NCBI GenBank assembly: GCA_032250835.1
Contig: JAVVEA010000003.1
Span: 89,458-153,457 of the forward strand
Source: a bacterium
GTDB lineage: Bacteria; SAR324; XYD2-FULL-50-16
Direction: 5' to 3'
DNA length: 64,000 bases
The position numbers and the translations under genes were made by a program. Every line of letters begins with the position of its first letter. The stretch's first letter is position 1. The notes beneath the pieces are model-generated. The model searched no databases and was not told the DNA's origin. It saw only the letters and a program-made list of their open reading frames with translations. This document shows positions 57,044 to 64,000 of this stretch, piece after piece.

Positions 57044-57666
57044 TGCGTACCCGAGTCAAAATTTGCGGACTCACCCAGGCCGACCAAGCCCAGGCCATCG
57101 CCCGGATGGGTGCCGACGCCCTGGGTTTTATTCTTTACCCTAAATCGCCTCGGTACGTGGCCCCCGAACGCCTGCCCGAGCTGACCGCAGGCCTGCCGCC
57201 CTTGATTACCCTGGTGGGGGTCTTTGTCAACGAAACCAAGGAGCGGGTGTTGGCGATTTGCCAGCGTTATGGGCTGGATCTCGCCCAGCTGCACGGTGAG
57301 GAGTCCCCCGAATATTGCGACTGGTTGAGCGCCCAAGGCCAACGCTGGATCAAGGCCTTTCGGGTCGGCGGGCCCGAAGATCTGGCCCAAATGGATGCCT
57401 ATGGGGCCGGCTTTATTTTGCTCGATGCCAAGAGCAACGAAGCCTATGGCGGTACTGGCGAGGTTTTTGATTGGTCTTTAGCCCGGCAAGCCAAGGGTGA
57501 GCGCCGGATCATCCTGGCCGGTGGCTTAGGGGAACATAACCTAGAAGAGGCGCTCAGCAAACTGCGGCCCTACGGGGTAGACTTGTCTAGCCGGATTGAA
57601 ATCAGTCCGGGCATCAAAGATTTAGAGGCGACGCGGCGGATTTTTCAACTGATGGAACAACTATGA
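57043..57666 (+). CDS. trpF: Phosphoribosylanthranilate isomerase
   Basis: VKICGLT, SPRYV, QLHGEE, GGTG, LAGGL and PGIKD motifs. Confidence 0.96.
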   Translation: MRTRVKICGLTQADQAQAIARMGADALGFILYPKSPRYVAPERLPELTAGLPPLITLVGVFVNETKERVLAICQRYGLDLAQLHGEESPEYCDWLSAQGQRWIKAFRVGGPEDLAQMDAYGAGFILLDAKSNEAYGGTGEVFDWSLARQAKGERRIILAGGLGEHNLEEALSKLRPYGVDLSSRIEISPGIKDLEATRRIFQLMEQL

Positions 57667-57917
57667 TCACCTTGACCCTCAAATTTTTGATCCTGCTTTT
57701 GGTGCTCTATTGGGGCGGCAAGTTAGCCAAGCGGGCGCTCAAGGCCTGGGTCGCCAAACAGTTGGGCTTGGGCAAAGCCCCCAAAGAACCGGAGCAACCC
57801 GAACTTTTGGCCTGCGCCCATTGTGGGCTGCATGTGGCCACCAGCATAGGCCAAATCAAGAATGGGCGGTTTTATTGCAGCAGCGAATGTGCGCAAGCGG
57901 GCCCCGACGACAAATGA
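57663..57917 (+). CDS. PP0621-like small membrane protein with Cys/His zinc motif
   Basis: N-terminal TM; CAHCGLHV...FYCSSEC. Confidence 0.7.
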   Translation: MITLTLKFLILLLVLYWGGKLAKRALKAWVAKQLGLGKAPKEPEQPELLACAHCGLHVATSIGQIKNGRFYCSSECAQAGPDDK

Positions 57918-57987
57918 ATTTGAGTTCTCTTGACCAAGGGACCTCTACCTTGGCTTCAAAAAATGGGTCCTTTCGCTTGGCTCCTTA

Positions 57988-59847
57988 ATGGCTGCTTCTA
58001 AACAACCCTCCTACCACCTCATTTTTACCCTCTGTTTCTTGCTCTTTGGGGCGGTGGTGGCGGCGGTCACCTCGGTGGTGAATTTCAACCTGCAATATAC
58101 GGACATCCAAAGGGACATTGCCGGGCGGGCTCAGAAGGAGAGCCGCTATAAGCGTGAGTTGGTGATCAATTACATGGAGTCGGCGGATCAGAAGGCCTTG
58201 GCGGTTTCCAGTAGCTTATTTTTAAGCGAATTCCTCAAGAGGCCAACGCCGAAAAATTGGCAAAATCTCAACGAGTTGCTTAAGGCCCAATCCCTGGCGG
58301 ATCGTAAGATCATGCAGCTGCGTTTGTTGGATATGCAGGGCCAAGAACTGGCTCGGGTGGACCGCAAAGAATTGGGCGCAATGCCACAAATCCGCAGCAA
58401 AGAAGAGTTACAAGATAAGTCCGGGCGCTATTACTTTGCGGCTAGTAAAGGCCTGTTGGCTGGTCAGTATTGGCACAGCCGGATCGACCTAAACATGGAA
58501 CACGGCCAGATCGAAGAGCCCCACAAGCCGACCATCCGGGTCAGTACGCTGGTGACGGTGGACAACCAAGCGGCAGGTATCGTGGTGCTGAACCTACACA
58601 TTGGGTTTCTGCTGCGCCAATTGGTGTCTTCGGCGGATTTTAATGTTCTGATGATCGACCGGGATGCGGAGTACATCTACCATCACGACCAGAACCGGGC
58701 CTTTAGCCGCTACTTAAAGGGCCCTAACTTGCTCGAAGATCTTCCCCTATTGGCGCGCGATTTGCGCGCCGGAACGGATGCGCCCCAGGGGGCCTATTTT
58801 TTGGTGGGATTGGAACCTTATATTTTAAACCAAGAACAGCCTACCTTGGTCCTCTTGCCGCGCAATGAGCTGTTATCGCGCTTAAAGACCAATAATTTAG
58901 TGCACGCCGGGTGGATCGCTTTGACGGTAATTTTGGCTTCCTTGCCCCTTTCTTACCTGATCTCCATCATCCCCTTGCGGCTGCAACACAAACTGCAAAG
59001 GACGCTCACCCAGCTTCAGGAATTCACACAAACCATCGACCGGCATGTCTTGACCCTACATCTCAACACAGAAGGGGTGATTTTAGAAGGCAGCCGCGCC
59101 TTTGCGGCAGCGGTAGGCTATAGCCAAAAAAATCTGGCAGGGCGGCGGTTCGTTGATTTGTTACAGCCCGAGAACTTGGATTTGGCCAGTCAATGGGAGT
59201 CTTTGGTACAAGGAACCTTCTGGCAGGGGGAGTTGCATTGCGCCCGTTTGGACCATCGAAGCCTTTGGCTGGACGCGGTGTTAGCCGCCAAGACCAACTC
59301 AAAGGGGGAACTAGAGGGTTTTACGCTACTGGCCGAAAACGTAACCGACAAAAAGCGGATCGAAGAATTAAGCATCACCGATCCCCTAACCGGGGCCTTC
59401 AACCGCAACAAGTTGACCCAGGCCTTTGAGCGGGAAATTGCTCGGGCCGAACGTTACAGCCAGCCCTTATCGGTGATTTTATTGGATTTAGACCATTTTA
59501 AGCTGGTCAACGACACCCACGGGCATCTGGTGGGGGATCAGGTTTTGGTGGCGACGGTGCAGCTGCTCCAAAGGGAACTGCGCAAGACCGATATCTTGGG
59601 CCGTTGGGGCGGTGAAGAATTTTTGGTGCTTTGTCCGGAAACCGAGAACCCTGGGGCGGTGCTCCTGGCCGAAAAACTGCGTCTGGCTTTAGAAGCGGCT
59701 GTACATCCCTCTGCGGGGAGGGTGACGGTTAGTATTGGGGTGACCAGCTACCGGGCGGGTGATCAGGCCGAATCCTTGGTTGCCAGGGCCGATGAAGCGC
59801 TCTATCGTTCGAAAGACCAAGGCCGCAACCAAGTTAGTACCCAGTGA
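57988..59847 (+). CDS. Diguanylate cyclase (Cache-like periplasmic domain, PAS, GGDEF)
   Basis: Two TMs; LQDKSGRYYF; PAS (WQGEL); DLDHFKLVNDTHGH; RKTD I-site and GGEEF. Confidence 0.93.
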   Translation: MAASKQPSYHLIFTLCFLLFGAVVAAVTSVVNFNLQYTDIQRDIAGRAQKESRYKRELVINYMESADQKALAVSSSLFLSEFLKRPTPKNWQNLNELLKAQSLADRKIMQLRLLDMQGQELARVDRKELGAMPQIRSKEELQDKSGRYYFAASKGLLAGQYWHSRIDLNMEHGQIEEPHKPTIRVSTLVTVDNQAAGIVVLNLHIGFLLRQLVSSADFNVLMIDRDAEYIYHHDQNRAFSRYLKGPNLLEDLPLLARDLRAGTDAPQGAYFLVGLEPYILNQEQPTLVLLPRNELLSRLKTNNLVHAGWIALTVILASLPLSYLISIIPLRLQHKLQRTLTQLQEFTQTIDRHVLTLHLNTEGVILEGSRAFAAAVGYSQKNLAGRRFVDLLQPENLDLASQWESLVQGTFWQGELHCARLDHRSLWLDAVLAAKTNSKGELEGFTLLAENVTDKKRIEELSITDPLTGAFNRNKLTQAFEREIARAERYSQPLSVILLDLDHFKLVNDTHGHLVGDQVLVATVQLLQRELRKTDILGRWGGEEFLVLCPETENPGAVLLAEKLRLALEAAVHPSAGRVTVSIGVTSYRAGDQAESLVARADEALYRSKDQGRNQVSTQ

Positions 59848-59887
59848 GCGGCCTTGACTTTTTGAGCTGAATGGGGCAATATTCCTA

Positions 59888-59956
59888 GGACATAAGCCGT
59901 AAATCTCGAAAAGGCTTACCCTGCAAGGTGCTTTTTAGGATTTAGGGCTTATGGCC
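59888..59956 (+). ncRNA. Candidate small structured RNA (rod-like hairpin) or bidirectional terminator
   Basis: CATAAGCC/GGCTTATG, TAAATC/GATTTA, GAAAAG/CTTTTT and ACC/GGT stacked stems. Preceded by TTGACT-N17-CAATAT (59854-59882). Confidence 0.4.
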
Positions 59957-60012
59957 CCTTTCTGTCGTCCCGACCAAAACCCCCTGAGGTCTCTGGGGCC
60001 TTCAAATTCCCG

Positions 60013-60510
60013 CTAAAAGTTTCTGCCATTTTCGTCGCGGCGTGGCGTGAACGGCATATTCGCCTCGTGTTGCTGCTGGATTTGAGGCGGCCAGCGAGAC
60101 TCGATATAAACTAAGATCGAAGCAATCTCTTCTTCGCTCAACTTCTCCCCAAAGGGTTTCATCGGCGACTCAGCGTCTAGGGAGCCATTTTTGATGTATT
60201 CGAAGAGCTGGCGGTTGGTCCGGTACCAAGCCGCTCCGTTGCCGTCTAAGGCCGGGGCCAGATAGGTTCCGTCCGCTTGACGTCCGCCGGTTGGATTGGA
60301 GGGCTCTTGGCCTTCTCCTTCGGCACCGTGGCAGCTAGCGCAGTGGGTTTGGTAGAGTTCCACTCCACGCTCAACCAGCCGGTCACGGTTGTTGCTGCGC
60401 ATTTTGGCAGCGGGAATGGCCACCAGGGTCACCGCCATACCGATGGCGATCACCAGACTCCATTGGGCCAGCCGTTTTAGCCGGCGTTCCTTTTCCTCTT
60501 GTTCGCTCAA
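60013..60510 (-). CDS. Membrane-anchored monoheme cytochrome c
   Basis: One TM; CASCH heme motif; APALDG; distal Met (SPMKPF); TTG start with GGAG RBS. Confidence 0.9.
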   Translation of the reverse strand: MSEQEEKERRLKRLAQWSLVIAIGMAVTLVAIPAAKMRSNNRDRLVERGVELYQTHCASCHGAEGEGQEPSNPTGGRQADGTYLAPALDGNGAAWYRTNRQLFEYIKNGSLDAESPMKPFGEKLSEEEIASILVYIESRWPPQIQQQHEANMPFTPRRDENGRNF

Positions 60511-61154
60511 GGCTCTCCTTTAAAAGGGGGGTTCGCTCGGGCCAGAATAAGGAACATCGGCAAAAGAAGCAACACCAGCCACCAAATCCCCCCATTCCAT
60601 GCCTCACCCAGGCTGGCGTAGAAAAAGGCGGCCGGGAATTGCCCTGCTAGGTTAGCGACCACAAAACGCCGCTGGTTCATGCCGCTCAGTCCCAAGGCAA
60701 AGGCTAGGGGATCAAAGGGTAAGAAAGGCACGAGCCGGAAGACCAAGACCGCCCAAAAACCGCCCCTTTGGGCCCAAAGGTCTAGCTGGGCCAGTCGGCG
60801 GTTTCCCAAGCGGCGCTCCACCACGCCCCGCCCCCAGTAGCGAGCGAGCCGAAAGCAGACCCAGGCCGAAAGGACCCCACCGAACCAAGAGAGCAATCCA
60901 CCCCAAAACCAGCCGAAGACCCAGCCATTGGCTAGACTCAAGGCAAAGGCCGGAATCGGGGCAGCGATAGCTTGCAGGATATATAATGAGATTGACAGCA
61001 GTGCCGCCCAGGGGCCCCAGGCACGCAAACGCGCCGCCAGCATTTCGGCGTCGCCTTGGATCAGGGCGTCTAAGAGGGGGGAAAAGACCTCCCAGGTCAA
61101 TCCTGCCACCGCCAGCAGAAGGGCCAGCAGTGCCCAGGGGCCGTAAGTTTTCAT
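60507..61154 (-). CDS. TVP38/TMEM64 (DedA/VTT-domain) membrane protein
   Basis: LQAIAAPIPAF, ANGWVFG, LARYWGR and RLVPFLPFD motifs. Confidence 0.9.
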   Translation of the reverse strand: MKTYGPWALLALLLAVAGLTWEVFSPLLDALIQGDAEMLAARLRAWGPWAALLSISLYILQAIAAPIPAFALSLANGWVFGWFWGGLLSWFGGVLSAWVCFRLARYWGRGVVERRLGNRRLAQLDLWAQRGGFWAVLVFRLVPFLPFDPLAFALGLSGMNQRRFVVANLAGQFPAAFFYASLGEAWNGGIWWLVLLLLPMFLILARANPPFKGEP

Positions 61155-61966
61155 CCCTTGACTGCTCCACGGGTCAGTCCGGCAATGATCTGGCGCTGGA
61201 AGACCAAAAAGGCGACCACCACCGGCAGGCTGGCGATCATTGCCCCGGCCATCAGGTGCCCCGCGTCAACGCCCGAGTGGGAGGCCCGGTAAAAGGCTAT
61301 GCCCAAGGGAAGGGTGCGCATGCTGTCTGAAGAGGTCAGGATCAAAGGGTGTACATAGGCATTCCAGCTCACCAAGACGCTGTGGATGCCCACCACCGCC
61401 AAGGCCGGACGGCAAAGCGGCAGAATCAGGGTGAAGAATATTTTGAGGTCGCTCGCCCCTTCGAGCCGGGCGGCCTCTTCGATTTCTTCGGGTAAGCCCA
61501 ACATGTATTGGCGGAGCAAGAAGATGCCGAAGGTTTCAGCCACCATCGGCAGGATCAGGGCTAGATAGCCGTCATAGAGCCCCAGGGCCCGAATTAAAAT
61601 GAACTGCGGCACCATCAAGACCGCCCCAGGCACCATCAACTTAACCAGGATCAAGATCATCAAGAGACCCCGCCCGGCGAAGCGCCGCCGCGCCAAGGCG
61701 TATGCGGCCATGCTGTCGAAGATCAAGTTGGCTGCGGTGATCCAAAGGGTCACCCAGAGGCTATTAAAGAAGTAACGCCCAAAGTTCCCTTCTACCCAGA
61801 CATCCGAGTAGTTGCTCAAAGTCAGTCGGTCGAGCTGAGGCACCAGACCCTCGATGCCTAATTTGGCCCCTTCGGCGGTTAAGCTGGTGACCGCCATCAG
61901 CCAGAGCGGCGCGAGGGTGATTAGGGCCAACAGGGCCAACACCAGATGCAGGGAGAGGCGCTTCAT
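61151..61966 (-). CDS. Carbohydrate ABC transporter permease (MalG/UgpE type)
   Basis: NY...YFFNSL, AAYALAR, EAA loop EIEEAARLEGAS, WN and TLPLG motifs. Confidence 0.92.
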   Translation of the reverse strand: MKRLSLHLVLALLALITLAPLWLMAVTSLTAEGAKLGIEGLVPQLDRLTLSNYSDVWVEGNFGRYFFNSLWVTLWITAANLIFDSMAAYALARRRFAGRGLLMILILVKLMVPGAVLMVPQFILIRALGLYDGYLALILPMVAETFGIFLLRQYMLGLPEEIEEAARLEGASDLKIFFTLILPLCRPALAVVGIHSVLVSWNAYVHPLILTSSDSMRTLPLGIAFYRASHSGVDAGHLMAGAMIASLPVVVAFLVFQRQIIAGLTRGAVKG

Positions 61967-62310
61967 GGACAGTCCGTAGTTACGGTAGGGGTATATGACG
62001 CTTGGTTATATTCAAAAATCGCTATAATCTAATGCAAAAAATCCCATAATGGAGAATTGCAAAAGTTCTTTCATTCCTGTAACAATTTCGGACCAAGTTC
62101 AAGCCTATACTGTAAAGGTCTGTTTTACTCCTTTATCGATTGGGCCCTGGACCCTGAGGTTAGCTTATCAGTCGAGAAAAAGGTGGCATAGGTCACCAAG
62201 TCTCTTTTGGGGACTTCTTGACCTTTGTGTAAATATTCTCTAGAACATCGCATCTAACCGATAGTTCATCCAAACCGCCCAGTGAAAGCTGGCAGCAGTT
62301 CAGAACCGCA

Positions 62311-63654
62311 ATGATTACAATTAAAAAGGGTTTGGACTTGCCGATTAACGGTAAGCCATCGCAAAAGATCACGCCCGCCCATCCGGTAACCCGGGTGGCG
62401 GTGGTCGGACCCGACTTTAACGGCATGAAGCCGACCATGGCCGTCCAGGTGGGCGACCGGGTCAAGCTGGGCCAGGAGATCTTCCGCGACAAAAAGACCC
62501 CCGGTGTGATTTACACCGCCCCCGGTGCCGGAACGATCAAAGAGATCAACCGCGGCGACCGCCGGGTGCTTCAAAGTGTGGTGATCGAGCTGGACGGCGA
62601 CGAGGCCGTTACCTTCGAGACCTGCCCCTTGGACGGCTTTGGTTCTTTAAGCGAGGACCAGATCCGCAAGAACCTGATTGAGTCGGGCCTTTGGACCGCG
62701 CTGAGGACCAGGCCTTTCTCTAAGGTGCCCGCGCCCGACGCCCAGGCGAAGGCGATCTTCATTACTGCCATCGATACCGACCCCTTTGCCGCCGATCCCG
62801 CACTGGTGCTGGCTGAGCATGTCGAATCCTTTAAGCGGGGCTTGACCCTGCTGACCAAATTGACCGAAGGACGGGTTTATCTTTGCCGTGGCGTGGACAG
62901 CAACGTGCCGGTGGGCATGGAAAAAAGCGTCTTCCTGGCTGAATTCGACGGCCCCCATCCCGCAGGACTAGCGGGCACCCACATCCACTTCTTAGAGCCC
63001 GTCAACGAGCATAAGAGCGTTTGGACCATTAACTACCAAGATGTAGTGGCCTTCGCAAAGCTATTCGAGACTGGCCGTCTCTTTACTGAGCGGGTGGTCG
63101 GCTTCGGTGGGGCCTCCGTGATTATGCCGCGCCTACTCAAGACGCGCCTGGGCGCTTGCCTGAGCGAATTGACCGAAGGCGAACTGCGGGCCGGTTCAAA
63201 CCGAGTGATTTCTGGTTCGGTCTTATGGGGGCGCACCGCTACGGGGCCTTTCGACTATCTGGGCCGTTACCACCACCATCTCTCGGTTCTGGCCGAAGGC
63301 GACGAACGGGAATTTTTAGGCTGGATGGGACCGGGCTTCGGCAAGTTCTCGATCAAGCGGGTCTTCCAGTCGGCCATGACACCCAAGGCCAAATTCAACT
63401 TTTCGGCCAGCACCAACGGTTCTAAGCGGGCCATGGTGCCGGTGGGCTCTTATGAAGCCGTGTTGCCGATGGATATGGAGCCGGTCTTTTTGCTGCGGGC
63501 TTTAATCATGAACGATACCGATCAGGCCCAGAAACTCGGTGCTCTGGAGCTGGATGAAGAGGATTTGGGCCTCTGTTCCTTCGTCTGCCCCGGCAAATAT
63601 AATTACGGCGAGATCCTTCGCAACAACCTGACCCAAATCGAAAAAGAAGGCTAA
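62311..63654 (+). CDS. nqrA: Na(+)-translocating NADH:quinone oxidoreductase subunit A
   Basis: [31 protein letters not shown] and [17 protein letters not shown] motifs. Confidence 0.97.
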   Translation: MITIKKGLDLPINGKPSQKITPAHPVTRVAVVGPDFNGMKPTMAVQVGDRVKLGQEIFRDKKTPGVIYTAPGAGTIKEINRGDRRVLQSVVIELDGDEAVTFETCPLDGFGSLSEDQIRKNLIESGLWTALRTRPFSKVPAPDAQAKAIFITAIDTDPFAADPALVLAEHVESFKRGLTLLTKLTEGRVYLCRGVDSNVPVGMEKSVFLAEFDGPHPAGLAGTHIHFLEPVNEHKSVWTINYQDVVAFAKLFETGRLFTERVVGFGGASVIMPRLLKTRLGACLSELTEGELRAGSNRVISGSVLWGRTATGPFDYLGRYHHHLSVLAEGDEREFLGWMGPGFGKFSIKRVFQSAMTPKAKFNFSASTNGSKRAMVPVGSYEAVLPMDMEPVFLLRALIMNDTDQAQKLGALELDEEDLGLCSFVCPGKYNYGEILRNNLTQIEKEG

Positions 63655-64000
63655 ATGAAACCGTTACGCAAACTTCTGGATCAGGCCCACCCCCTCTTCG
63701 CTAAGGGCGGGAAGTTGGAGCCGCTCTTCGCGCTTTACGAGTTGGTCGATACCTTCTTGTTTACCCCCGGCGAAACCAACAAAGGGGGGACACAGGTCCG
63801 CGACGGATTGGACCTCAAGCGCATGATGATCATGGTGGTCATCGCCCTTCAGCCCATCTTGGTGATGACGGCCTACAACACGGGTCTTCAGGCCAACCGC
63901 GCCCTTGCCTCGATGGGTATTGCCTATCCTGAAGGCTGGCGCGGCTCTTTGCTGCACAGCTTAGGGATTGGTTTTGACCCGACCAACGCAGTGGCCAACT
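63655..64000 (+). CDS. nqrB: Na(+)-NQR subunit B, N-terminal part (runs off the window)
   Basis: ATG right after the nqrA stop: MKPLRKLLDQAHPLFAKGGKLEPLFALYELVDTFLFTPG...VRDGLDLKRMMIMV. Confidence 0.93.
   Translation, partial: MKPLRKLLDQAHPLFAKGGKLEPLFALYELVDTFLFTPGETNKGGTQVRDGLDLKRMMIMVVIALQPILVMTAYNTGLQANRALASMGIAYPEGWRGSLLHSLGIGFDPTNAVAN

Noticed and set aside
59888-59956. c-di-GMP riboswitch or SRP RNA next to the diguanylate cyclase
   Set aside because: Lacks the two-hairpin GEMM architecture and the SRP domain IV motif. Kept only as an unclassified hairpin.
1-64000. CRISPR arrays, tRNA/rRNA genes, integrases/transposases, prophage genes; numerous antisense ORFs in the track
   Set aside because: No regularly spaced repeats, cloverleafs or recombinase/phage motifs were seen by eye. 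Long antisense ORFs (e.g. 12017..12619, 18027..18572, 27060..27632) are shadows of GC3-biased real genes.

Overview
Bacterial chromosomal segment of moderate-to-high GC. The gene set and protein sequences look deltaproteobacterial or SAR324-Lambdaproteobacteria-like; this is an inference only. Housekeeping loci (holB-tmk-murA, selD, serC-proC, prfC, pstSCAB-phoU, topA, trpDCF, nqrA/B) are interspersed with accessory material. The accessory material includes an AT-richer ABC-ATPase + TOPRIM-like (DUF4276-type) gene pair, yefM-yoeB and vapBC toxin-antitoxin pairs, an orphan ParA, an 8-gene arsenic cluster, three single-domain hemerythrins, two orphan histidine kinases and a TetR-TolC-MFP-RND efflux operon. 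Signals that the ORF track misses or does not explain: (1) a secreted/membrane protein that looks like a single-chain FliF(RBM3)-TM-FliG fusion with a degenerate torque helix, far from any flagellar gene; (2) the ATPase-TOPRIM candidate defence pair; (3) a ~195-bp structured inverted-repeat pair bracketing the radical SAM gene amrS; (4) selD with an in-frame UGA (Sec18) and an fdhF-like SECIS; (5) a decayed alternative C-terminus directly behind an outer-membrane protein gene; (6) a 49-codon membrane ORF filling the gap after the RND pump; (7) a ~70-nt rod-like hairpin starting at a predicted promoter's start site; (8) an AhpD/CMD-like protein without CxxC but with a CC...CC tail inside the ars operon. 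No CRISPR array, rRNA, tRNA, integrase or transposase was recognised. All family calls come from motif recognition by eye, not from database searches.
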